From Promethearchaeota archaeon (GTDB lineage Archaea; Asgardarchaeota; Lokiarchaeia; Sigyniarchaeales; SOKP01): a stretch of DNA of 24,430 bases. Each line of letters starts with the position of its first letter. Position 1 is the first letter of the stretch. Below the pieces are notes generated by a model. The model was not told the DNA's origin and did not search any database. It saw nothing but the letters and a program-made list of their open reading frames with translations. Positions 8,756-17,758 of the stretch are shown piece by piece. The stretch lies in contig JAEOTA010000087.1 of the NCBI GenBank assembly GCA_016840085.1, positions 1 to 24,430 of the forward strand, in the 5' to 3' direction. A program made the position numbers and the translations under genes.

Positions 8756-10612
8756 TTATACTATTGTTTTTTTTATACTATTAATTATATTGTCTAATAT
8801 TGAAATTAAATCATCAACTGATATTTTTTTCAAAATTGGAGCTTTTTTTCTTAAAAATAAATTTTTATTCTTGATAATGAATTCAAATTTTTTTATCAGT
8901 AAATCTATAATATCTGGCTTTTCTGCTTCTTGAGGTATTTTTGTCTTTACATCCTTCTTAATTGGTTCTAGCTTTTCTACTTCCTGAGATGTTTCTGTCT
9001 TTACAGCCTTCTTAATTGGTTCTAGCTTTTCTACTTCCTGAGATGTTTCTATCTTTACAGCCTTCTTAATTGGCTCTGGCTTTATAGATTCTTTCTTTAA
9101 ATCACTCCCATTTTCAGTACTTCTTTCTCTATCCTTATCTATATAGTTATGAGATTTTTGGTTATATTTTTTACAAATTTTAAGTTGGTGTGTACAATCT
9201 TTCTTATGTTTTTTGAAAATTGTTTCAGCCTTCTTCAAAAGATTTATTGTATCTTCATATCTTTTATTTTCATATAATTCTAAAGCATTACTTAATAAAT
9301 CTTCTCCATTGTCAATCTCATCTTTTTTATTCCTTCTTTTCTTCTTACTAATTTCACCCGCTCGATCTCTAACTTCTTTACATAAGGTTTCTATTTGTCT
9401 TATTATCTGTTCTTTAACCTTTTCCCATCCATATGTATATTGGAAATCTATCCGATTTGTTTGTGGTAAAATTTGAATTTTATCACGAAAATATTTTGTT
9501 CTGGGCTTAACGATATGACAATCTCCAAAAAAGTGAAGAAAACGTGTATTATATTTTCTAATATAACCTCTTACAGCATTTCTAGACATAATTTCAACAT
9601 TTTTATGCCTTATCGCCATACCCTCTAAAAATCCTTGATCCGATTCAAACCCTTTATTTGATGATCCAATTCTATGCAGATGAGGATTAATTGCAACCCA
9701 CATTTTTGCCACAATATCTCTTTTACCCTTAATTTCCAAGTAAATATTGTAAGTCTTTGGATTTTCTAAAGTTATTTTAGGTACAGTTCTAAACAATTGA
9801 GTACCATTAAAAAAAACTTTAATTTTATGGTTAACCCAACCATTTAAAAATTTATCAATTTCCCCTTTATGTGACCAATCAGGAGGAAAATCTATAGGTA
9901 ATATACTACAAAGTTCTCTTAGAAACTCTCCACTTTCAATCTTTTCCAAAACATCATCTCTTAGATTTACTAATTGTATATTAGTAAAATGATCATTAAT
10001 TTCATCTTTCGGAACAGCTACTTTTCTTAATTTAAATTTAGTTACGTTTTTGACTAATAAACCTTCTTTTTCTTCATTTCTCTGTTTAGTTGAATTAATC
10101 CATTCTTCTATTGGCAATTCTGCTTCAATGTAATAGTGCATACCTTTTTTTTTTGATAAAATTCTTATTTTTTCACAGATTTTTCCACCAGCATATAATC
10201 CTATGCCCAATTCGCCAATATAATCATCTTCGTGCGTTTTATCACCATCAAACATTATAAGTCCAAGTAACAATTTTTCTTCATCCATTCCAGTACCTTC
10301 ATCATAAAAAGATATAATAGGTTCTTCTTTTTGATACCAAATTGTTATTTTCTGAATTTCGCTCCCTGAATCAACGGCATTACTTATATATTCTCTAAAC
10401 ATATGAATTGGATCTTGGTAAGTCCCTCCAACAATAACATCTAATGCACCTTTTCCTACTTGGATAAAATCTTTAATGATTATATCTTCATTGATTTTTG
10501 AATTTTTGATAAGATTTTTTATATCTTCGTCTATGAAAAAATCAATTTTTTCTTTAATTTGAGAATGTTCATTTAATTCATTTTCATTTTTCCAAATTTC
10601 TCTCATTATCAT
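8756..10612 (-). CDS. GHKL (Hsp90/MutL/MORC-like, HATPase_c_3) ATPase
   Basis: Bergerat motifs FREYISNAVDS (N box), DEGTGM (G1), IGELGIGL (G2) and HFTNIQL. These are followed by an S5-like region, a TPR-like hairpin and a charged tail. Confidence 0.85.
   Translation of the reverse strand: MIMREIWKNENELNEHSQIKEKIDFFIDEDIKNLIKNSKINEDIIIKDFIQVGKGALDVIVGGTYQDPIHMFREYISNAVDSGSEIQKITIWYQKEEPIISFYDEGTGMDEEKLLLGLIMFDGDKTHEDDYIGELGIGLYAGGKICEKIRILSKKKGMHYYIEAELPIEEWINSTKQRNEEKEGLLVKNVTKFKLRKVAVPKDEINDHFTNIQLVNLRDDVLEKIESGEFLRELCSILPIDFPPDWSHKGEIDKFLNGWVNHKIKVFFNGTQLFRTVPKITLENPKTYNIYLEIKGKRDIVAKMWVAINPHLHRIGSSNKGFESDQGFLEGMAIRHKNVEIMSRNAVRGYIRKYNTRFLHFFGDCHIVKPRTKYFRDKIQILPQTNRIDFQYTYGWEKVKEQIIRQIETLCKEVRDRAGEISKKKRRNKKDEIDNGEDLLSNALELYENKRYEDTINLLKKAETIFKKHKKDCTHQLKICKKYNQKSHNYIDKDRERSTENGSDLKKESIKPEPIKKAVKIETSQEVEKLEPIKKAVKTETSQEVEKLEPIKKDVKTKIPQEAEKPDIIDLLIKKFEFIIKNKNLFLRKKAPILKKISVDDLISILDNIINSIKKTIV
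8915..9076 (-). repeat. Three tandem 54-bp (18-aa) repeats inside the GHKL ATPase tail
   Basis: EPIKKAVKIETSQEVEKL / EPIKKAVKTETSQEVEKL / EPIKKDVKTKIPQEAEKP. Confidence 0.9.
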
Positions 10613-11165
10613 CCTTCTCCTTAAAAAAATTTTGTAGAACTTCTTTTATATTTGGATTAAGTAAATAGATACCATTATTTATATACCAAATTGGTTCAAA
10701 ATTTAAAGAATTCCATTTTCTTGTCATTCCAGCAACCAATCCAGCAAGTTTTTTTGTCAATCCTTCTTCATTTTTTAACATTTTCTTTCTTAGAAGACTA
10801 TCTACTAGTTTTTCTCTTGAAATTTGTTTATTTTCATACACCTTAATGATTATTTCTTTTTGTCTTTCAGATAATTTTATCCAAAACACCTTAAAAGATG
10901 AAATATCCCATTTTTTATTGAAAAGATAAGAATGTTTATTATTATCGTAAGAAAAACATGTTAAGTCAACATATAACTCTAATTCTCTTAATAAAGGCAG
11001 TAATTTTTCTGTAAAGTCATTAAGACTAATACTTTCTTTTAAAGGTAATGTTCTACCATTTATTCCTAGTTGGATTACTTTAGTATCTTGAATTATGGGA
11101 ATAAAAAAACTCTTTTCTATAGATTTAGATAATGCATTTTTATAAACTATATTTCTTCCAGACAA
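10584..11165 (-). CDS. Hypothetical protein with probable C-terminal winged-helix domain
   Basis: LSERQKEIIIKVYENKQISREKLVDSL...KKLAGLVAGMTRKW...IYLLNP pattern; overlaps the GHKL start by 29 bp. Confidence 0.6.
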   Translation of the reverse strand: MSGRNIVYKNALSKSIEKSFFIPIIQDTKVIQLGINGRTLPLKESISLNDFTEKLLPLLRELELYVDLTCFSYDNNKHSYLFNKKWDISSFKVFWIKLSERQKEIIIKVYENKQISREKLVDSLLRKKMLKNEEGLTKKLAGLVAGMTRKWNSLNFEPIWYINNGIYLLNPNIKEVLQNFFKEKDDNERNLEK

Positions 11166-11474
11166 AATGATTTAGACCTAATTCACTAAAAACGATTCAA
11201 ATACTAATAAATTGTGATCGATTCGATTATATTCGTTCTTTTGAAGAAAAAATTAAAACTTATATTTATACTAAAAGACCCACCTAATTTATCATAAATT
11301 AGATTAAATCTAGAAATAATTTTATAGTTCAATTATAGGAACTTAATAATATAATCCTCTGGCTTCATGATTGGAGTTACTAAGTATAAGATTTTTAGAT
11401 AACTAGTGCTGAAGATTTAAAATAAATTCAAGCTTTTCCGACTTCTAAAAAAATTTTAAAACTAGTGCTTTTTT

Positions 11475-11642
11475 CTATTTCTTAAACAAGAATAATCCTT
11501 TTTTATCGTTTTTAACGTCAATTATTATACCAATTTCATCTTGGTGTTCCCAATTTAACGCTTTAGCTAGTGCAATAGGAATTGTAACACTCCCAGACCC
11601 TGAACTGTCATATTTATAATATTTTGTTATTTCTCCGTTCAT
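11475..11642 (-). CDS. AbrB/MazE/SpoVT-like DNA-binding protein (55 aa)
   Basis: Below the track cutoff. Translated by hand: MNGEITKYYKYDSSGSGSVTIPIALAKALNWEHQDEIGIIIDVKNDKKGLFLFKK*. The S-V-T-I-P-x-x-x-A-x-x-L-x-W-x-x-x-D-E-I pattern is typical of AbrB folds. Confidence 0.75.
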   Translation of the reverse strand: MNGEITKYYKYDSSGSGSVTIPIALAKALNWEHQDEIGIIIDVKNDKKGLFLFKK

Positions 11643-11664
11643 ATGAATTAATACACTTTTGTTA

Positions 11665-11771
11665 TTGTTTTAACAATTATTATAACAAATATCATAACAT
11701 TTATATATATTATTTACTTTTTTATATTATAACAATTGTTATAACATTAGTTATATTATTTGTTATAACAT
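11665..11771. promoter_or_regulatory. Array of seven 12-bp palindromic boxes (consensus TTGTTATAACAA) in two blocks around a TATA-like element; divergent promoter
   Basis: Boxes start at 11665, 11677, 11689 and at 11724, 11736, 11748, 11760; TTTATATATA lies at 11700-11709 between the blocks. Confidence 0.7.
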
Positions 11772-11874
11772 TTTTTTATTAATTGCTTATGAGTTTAAAT
11801 AAATAAGTATAAAAAATTAACAAATAATTGAATTTAATGAAATTAACTGATAATTAAAATTAAAGAAACTTAAA

Positions 11875-13959
11875 ATGTCCTTATCTAATGATATATTGAA
11901 TAAATTTAATTTAAAACCTGATAATATTGATATATTCAATATTCTTGTAGCAAGTTTAAGAGAAATTCTTAAATTCTATAAAGAAATAAAATTAAAGAAT
12001 ATTCAAGATAAGGATATTCCATTATTGTCTTATTTGAAAACGTTAAATGATAATGAAATTGAATACTTGGAAAAAGAAATACAACAAAATGAAATTTCTA
12101 TAGAAGAATGCCAAATTAAAGTCCAAAAAAAGATTCCTCAAAATGAAAGAAAAAAATTAGCCGCATATTACACAACTGATGAAGGTATAAATTTAATGGC
12201 TTCTCTTGTAGAGGAATATATAAAAAAAAATAAAAATAAACAATTCGTTATAGCTGATCCATTTTTCGGCTCTGGTAGGACATTAACTGAGACGGTGAAA
12301 AGAATTGGGATTAATAATATTAAAAAAATATGGGGTATTGAACCTTACACTTTATCTGCGTTAGTAGGATATGCCGCACTGTTGAAAGTCGTTAAAGGAA
12401 GGAGATCTCTGATCAAAATAATCTCAGGAGATGCCTTTACGGAAATCTCAAAAGAAATCTTAATAAAGAATAATAAAGAAAGACTAAATGCTGATATAAT
12501 TTTGACAAACCCACCATTTACTCGATGGAAATATATGGACAATAATTATCGAAATACGTTATTAAAACTTTTTGATGGATTGGGTTATTCAAAATTTATA
12601 ACAAGAAAAGAAACAAGCTTACAAATATTAAGTATGTTTCTCGTTGATTATATCTTAAAAAAGAATGGGCTCTTAATTTCAGTTCTCCCTGCTTCTACTT
12701 TTTATACTATATATGGAAGAGGTTATAAAGAATTAATTAAAGAAAAATATTTTTTACTCTCATTTTTAGAATCTGGCTCACAAGCATCATTTTCAATCGA
12801 TAGTGGCTTCAAGGAAGTAATAATTATTGGTTTGAAAAAAAAAGAAATAGATGGTTTAACAATTTTTACCCAAATTAATGGCGTTAATATTCAAGACTTC
12901 GCTTTTCATTTATTAAATAGTAATATTGAATATTTCAAACAAAAAGATGAGTTTTATCTTGTAAATGTTAAGAATTTAGCTCAATTTCTTGATAATAATT
13001 GGTTGTCTCTTGTTGGAAATAAAAAATTAAAAGAATTGGTTATAGAGGTATTTAATCAGGGCATTAGTACGGGAATTTTAGGTTTTTGGAAAGACATACT
13101 AGGAATAGAAACACTCATAAGAGGTATTGAAATGTATGGTCCAGACTTTTTTTTTTTAAGAAATAAATACTGGGATATTTGTAAAGATGTTAAAAATCAT
13201 ATTGAAATTGAAAATAAGGAAACAAAAGAAAGTCTTATTATTGATAAAAAGTACTTAATTAAAACTCTTAGAAAACCTAGCTTATATAGTTATACTATTA
13301 ATCCTGCTGTTGATACTTATATGATTTCTATACCTCCTGAGGAAGTTGAAACTTTTCCAGAGAATTTGAGAGCTTATATTAATTGGGGTAAATCTGCTAA
13401 AACTGCCGAACCAGCAATTAGAAAGCACAGAAAGTACTGGTATAGTCATGTATATTATCAGGTTCAATCAAAAAAGCCTTTTGGTAACATTTTCATTACT
13501 GATAAAGTAGATTTAAATTTTATTAATAGAGGAATATTTGCTAACTTCTCTGAAATAGAGTTAGCAGCATCAAAAAATTTTTACATAATTAGAAACATCA
13601 ACTCAAAATATTCCATTCTCCTTACTGCTTGGTTTAATAGCACTATCTTCATATCAATCCTTATATTGTTTAGCAGAAAAATTTCAGATACATGGACTAG
13701 ATTTTTAATAAATGATTATCTAGAAGTTCCTATATTGAATATGGTAAAGATTTCTGATGATTTATACAAAGAAATTTCAGTAAATTTAATAAATATTCTC
13801 AATGAAAAATTATTACCTTTTTGGGAACAAATAGGAAAAAGATATCGTTATGATCTAGATTTAACTATTTCTAAAGCTTTAAAAATTGAAAACCCAACAA
13901 ATTTTATTAAAGAATTATATAATTCTCTAAAAGATTATCTCAATTCTATAAAACGCTAA
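11875..13959 (+). CDS. Amino-DNA methyltransferase (N6-adenine type, gamma-class motif order) of a type II-like R-M system
   Basis: RKKLAAYYT (motif X), IADPFFGSG (motif I), WGIE, SGDAF, IILTNPPF (motif IV), LKKNGLLISVLP, and a long C-terminal TRD region (AWFNST). Confidence 0.9.
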   Translation: MSLSNDILNKFNLKPDNIDIFNILVASLREILKFYKEIKLKNIQDKDIPLLSYLKTLNDNEIEYLEKEIQQNEISIEECQIKVQKKIPQNERKKLAAYYTTDEGINLMASLVEEYIKKNKNKQFVIADPFFGSGRTLTETVKRIGINNIKKIWGIEPYTLSALVGYAALLKVVKGRRSLIKIISGDAFTEISKEILIKNNKERLNADIILTNPPFTRWKYMDNNYRNTLLKLFDGLGYSKFITRKETSLQILSMFLVDYILKKNGLLISVLPASTFYTIYGRGYKELIKEKYFLLSFLESGSQASFSIDSGFKEVIIIGLKKKEIDGLTIFTQINGVNIQDFAFHLLNSNIEYFKQKDEFYLVNVKNLAQFLDNNWLSLVGNKKLKELVIEVFNQGISTGILGFWKDILGIETLIRGIEMYGPDFFFLRNKYWDICKDVKNHIEIENKETKESLIIDKKYLIKTLRKPSLYSYTINPAVDTYMISIPPEEVETFPENLRAYINWGKSAKTAEPAIRKHRKYWYSHVYYQVQSKKPFGNIFITDKVDLNFINRGIFANFSEIELAASKNFYIIRNINSKYSILLTAWFNSTIFISILILFSRKISDTWTRFLINDYLEVPILNMVKISDDLYKEISVNLINILNEKLLPFWEQIGKRYRYDLDLTISKALKIENPTNFIKELYNSLKDYLNSIKR

Positions 13960-13969
13960 TTTTTTAAAC

Positions 13970-14551
13970 AAAATTTGAAGTTTCTATAATTGAACTCAAT
14001 TGTTTAGAACCGGACCTAAAATAGATCTAAAAAATATAAAGATGTATAATATATACTTGGACATTGATCGTAAAAAAGATATTGTGGCAAAAATGTGGGT
14101 TGCTATTAATCCTCATTTACATAGAATTGGTCATTCAAGAAAAGGGGAAGATTTGGATGCAGAATTATTAGAGGGGGTCGATACGACATAAAAATGTTGA
14201 AGTGCTGTCTAGAAATGTTTTAAAAGGTATATTAGGAGATATAGTGAACCTAAAAAATTCTTAATATTTAAATATAAAAATGGATTTAAATCTTTAATCT
14301 CAGCTGAACCTTTATTAGATTTTGATCCGAGACCAATAATAAATGGCTTATATCATTATATAACTGAATCTTTTTGGTTGGAATACTGAACTATATTCTA
14401 ATAAAAAAGTGTGACTAAATAACAACTTAAGTTTTATAATAATGTGAGAAAACTAAACGGAATAGAAAATTTAATGAAAGTCTCTCATTGGATTAGATAC
14501 TAAAAAAAAATTAGATATAAGGATTTAATCAAGAAAAGATTGAAAATATAA
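13970..14551 (+). pseudogene. Inverted, internally deleted relic of the GHKL ATPase / radical SAM operon
   Basis: ~13970-14255 matches the GHKL gene ~9825-9540 (LFRT.PKI...DIVAKMWVAINPHLHRIG, RHKNVE). ~14260-14551 matches the radical SAM 3' part ~7370-7075 (EPLLDFDPRP, LYHYITESFWL, KIRYKD.IKKRLK). It contains frameshifts and stops. Confidence 0.9.
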
Positions 14552-14567
14552 GATCTTATCAAATTTG

Positions 14568-15491
14568 TTAGAGTTTGTAATCTATAATATGTGATTTTAA
14601 TAAGTTGTTTTTTTCAATATATTCAGCACATTGTACAGGTGTTATTTTAAATTGAATCATATTACTCGGATGCCTATAATCCGTCTTAGGATATTCTTTC
14701 CTATTCCCATCTCCAGATTTTCTTTGCATTTTTATAAAATCTCCTAGCCATGGATATCCTATATTTGAAAGAGTTGTATTATCAGACATATTATCATCTA
14801 GAAAATTTATAAAATCATCCATTTTGTATAAATAATATTTTTTTTTTTGCGCATCATTTATCACCATTACATCTAAGTTTTCCTCGTTCTTTGTTAATAA
14901 ATCTCTAACAATTTCCTCTTTTTTTGCGATGAAAAAATTTTCAATAATCTCTCGATCTTCTTCCAAGATAAATTTTCCAGGTTTTCCTTCTCTTGCTTTT
15001 CTTAGAATTCCATCTTTCATTATATCATATATAGTTTCAGGGATACTCAGTTTTTCCTTCCATACCTCTAACCATCTCTTATCCACCCCTAGATTAGATC
15101 TTGTAGTAGTTGTTTTTATATTTGTTCCAATACTAGTTTCACCAACATTCACAACAATATCTGTTTTTTTTTCCTTACTTTCTTTATAGGCACTGATCTC
15201 ACCATCATAATTCAAACCAAATTTCTTAAAACATTCTCTTAAATGATCTTGAAATTCTTCATTATTATTTGCTGCATCCATAAATCCTCTTTCACCCCAT
15301 GCACCAATAAAAACAGATTTTCTGCCGGGTGTCTCTTCTTCAAAAATACCACTAGAATCCGTATCAGACTTTATTTCAACTTCTAATTTATTCTCAATGT
15401 CATCAGGTTTTTCTTCAACTAATTCTTCTTCAATATTTAAAGATTCAGAAATATTTTCTTCATCATCATTATTATTCGAAATTTTAACCAC
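14568..15491 (-). CDS. HinP1I-like PD-(D/E)xK restriction endonuclease, paralog A (acidic N-terminal extension)
   Basis: KTDIVV..NIK, VDKRW, MQRKSGDG and MIQFKITP match the HinP1I-family pattern DKRW / QRKGGD / LQFKINP. Confidence 0.7.
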   Translation of the reverse strand: MVKISNNNDDEENISESLNIEEELVEEKPDDIENKLEVEIKSDTDSSGIFEEETPGRKSVFIGAWGERGFMDAANNNEEFQDHLRECFKKFGLNYDGEISAYKESKEKKTDIVVNVGETSIGTNIKTTTTRSNLGVDKRWLEVWKEKLSIPETIYDIMKDGILRKAREGKPGKFILEEDREIIENFFIAKKEEIVRDLLTKNEENLDVMVINDAQKKKYYLYKMDDFINFLDDNMSDNTTLSNIGYPWLGDFIKMQRKSGDGNRKEYPKTDYRHPSNMIQFKITPVQCAEYIEKNNLLKSHIIDYKL

Positions 15492-15595
15492 ATCATTATA
15501 TAAATTTAAATTTAGATTTTCTAGACAATTATTTCATTATTCTTGCTTATTAAAATAGCAGTATATACATCAAAAAAAATTAAGAAAAAATTTAT

Positions 15596-17632
15596 TTATG
15601 ATTTTTCTAAAGTTTCCAATTTCAAAGAAAAAATGTTTTTTAATGCTTCTATACCAGCTTCTACACCAAAAGTTTGTTTATAAGCAATTACTGCTTGATC
15701 ATATTTTTTATCTTTTAATAATTCCTTCACTAAATTCAAACCTTCTATTATTCGTTCATTTTCCATTTTCTTCTTCCTAATTTTCTCTATTCTATAATAG
15801 TATGAATAATCATCTAAAGCATTGACTTTTCCCATTAGAGCTTCTACTATAACCCCATCCGTCTTCATTGTTAATATTTTATTCGAAAGTATGATCCCAT
15901 CAACAAATCTAGCATCTTCCTTTTGGATTATATTTCCTTGGTCATCCCTTTTCTCTGGACGCATTATATATTTTTGCTGACCATTGGGTTCTCCTTTTTC
16001 ATCTAAAGGTGGCTTAACTCGTAAATATGGAGGTTCTTCCCCATAGGGATTGAATTCTTCTATTAATGCTCTAGATTTTCCATAATAATCATAAACCTTA
16101 CCATATTCATCTTTGATCATATTCTTTAGTTCTTCAAGAAATTGTTCTTGAAATTCTTCTTTTATATATTTATAAACAAAATGTCCTATATCGCATAATG
16201 CATATTCTCGAAGACTTCCAGGATATCCATTATAGAAGCCTAATCGTAAATCAACTAGATGGAGAATTGAATGGTATTCCTGATTCATTTGGCGAAAGGT
16301 AAAATTTAATGTTCTAGTAACATTTAAATTTCGAATACTTCTCATAATGACAGTCTCTTCTTCTTCTTCTTCTCTTCTTTCATGTTCAGTATCTATAGAT
16401 ACTTCACGACTTGCACTAGCTCTTTGACTATTCTTTGCCGTTGCACTCATTACATTTTTTGCGGATTCCTCTCTTGATGATTTTACACTTCCTTCTGTAC
16501 CTCCACTGACACTAGCACTACCCCATCCCCAATTTGCACTTGCACTAGCTTTTACATGATAAGATGATGCTTTATCTATTTTGGAAGATCTTGCACATTC
16601 TGCTTGAACAGAATTTTCAAATTCATTTGCTTTTTCTTCAGTATAAGAATCTAATACTGATGATGCCTTTTTAATGGTTTCCTCACTTTTTTTCCAAGTT
16701 TTAATACTAATTTCAGTACTTTCTCTTGGTAAAAGAGAAAAGGTCTTTATTACTGTTCCAGCACCATAGTCACCAGGAAAATTCGTCATCTTTAAAGTTT
16801 CAATATATACAATTCTAGGTCTTAGCTCTTCTACTTTTAAAAATTTAATTTTAAAATTACCACCCATTGAAATATAAAAGGCGGGATATAAGTCATGCAC
16901 AAACATCGCTATTTCTAAGTAGTATTTAAAAATCTTGTATCTCACATCGATATTATCGACACCTTCCGGGATAGTTGGTCTTTCTGGATAATCTTCCATA
17001 GATTCTTCAATTTGAGTTAATTTTGCTTCTAATTTTTTTAGTTCCTTTTTCTTGATAGAAATTTGATTATTTATGAGTGCAACAAGTAAATATCTTATTA
17101 AAATAATAATACCTGTGTTAGCTAATATAGCATCACGTTGAGTTTCTAAAGCAGCAATTCTATTTTTTTTATGTGTAATTTTATCTCTAAGTTTTTGAGG
17201 ATCTTCAGGAGGAACATAAGGTTCGATATCTAAATCAAATAATTCTTTTTCTAAATCATGCATTGTTAAATTTGACAAGTATCTTTTAATTTCATCTCTA
17301 TTCTTAAACAAGAGATCTTCAAGAAGTATTGTTTTCGTTATTTTTTCCTCTTTAAATTTCTCGATTAGTATATCGTTCAGTTCGATATAATTTTTTCCCT
17401 CAAATGAAGAGGGACTTGGAAGATCATATCTTAAAATTGGTGCAGTAGCATCACTTTCGAATTCAATTAAAGGTGTACCAACACTTTCCACTGACGGAGC
17501 AATATTTGTAAGTATTTCTTGTTCTTTCAATAATTTTTCAAAAGCATTATTTACTGCCTCTTCAATTTGTTTTTGTATTCTCTTTGATAATTCACGGGAC
17601 TCGGAACTTTGTTCCTTTGATTTTTGAGACAT
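15596..17632 (-). CDS. Hypothetical protein: N-terminal coiled-coil hairpin plus putative beta-pore-forming-toxin-like domain
   Basis: 678-aa ORF with GAGGT SD. Ser/Thr/Ala-rich alternating segment YHVKASASANWGWGSASVSGGTEG sits between KTFSLLPRESTEISIKTW and IRNLNVTRTLNFTFRQMNQEY. Confidence 0.55.
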   Translation of the reverse strand: MSQKSKEQSSESRELSKRIQKQIEEAVNNAFEKLLKEQEILTNIAPSVESVGTPLIEFESDATAPILRYDLPSPSSFEGKNYIELNDILIEKFKEEKITKTILLEDLLFKNRDEIKRYLSNLTMHDLEKELFDLDIEPYVPPEDPQKLRDKITHKKNRIAALETQRDAILANTGIIILIRYLLVALINNQISIKKKELKKLEAKLTQIEESMEDYPERPTIPEGVDNIDVRYKIFKYYLEIAMFVHDLYPAFYISMGGNFKIKFLKVEELRPRIVYIETLKMTNFPGDYGAGTVIKTFSLLPRESTEISIKTWKKSEETIKKASSVLDSYTEEKANEFENSVQAECARSSKIDKASSYHVKASASANWGWGSASVSGGTEGSVKSSREESAKNVMSATAKNSQRASASREVSIDTEHERREEEEEETVIMRSIRNLNVTRTLNFTFRQMNQEYHSILHLVDLRLGFYNGYPGSLREYALCDIGHFVYKYIKEEFQEQFLEELKNMIKDEYGKVYDYYGKSRALIEEFNPYGEEPPYLRVKPPLDEKGEPNGQQKYIMRPEKRDDQGNIIQKEDARFVDGIILSNKILTMKTDGVIVEALMGKVNALDDYSYYYRIEKIRKKKMENERIIEGLNLVKELLKDKKYDQAVIAYKQTFGVEAGIEALKNIFSLKLETLEKS

Positions 17633-17758
17633 ATTTCGACCTCTTAATATATTTATATTTTTGAAATTTAATTTTTATTAAATTGGTTTTTGCGTTAGAT
17701 TTACACTAATGTAAAAAAAGTACGATTTTATATTTAAATCTTTGTCTAATTTTAGTAT

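Noticed and set aside
8756-10612. Calling the GHKL ATPase htpG, mutL or a histidine kinase
   Set aside because: No Hsp90 middle/C-terminal, MutL C-terminal or HisKA features were recognisable.
11401-11469. AACTAGTGCT direct repeat at 11401 and 11460
   Set aside because: Only two 10-bp copies with no supporting context.
11475-11642. Toxin-antitoxin pair built on the AbrB-like gene
   Set aside because: No PIN/MazF-like toxin ORF was found in the adjacent 11166-11474 interval.
14000-14191. 63-aa ORF as an independent gene
   Set aside because: It is an internal piece of the degraded GHKL copy.
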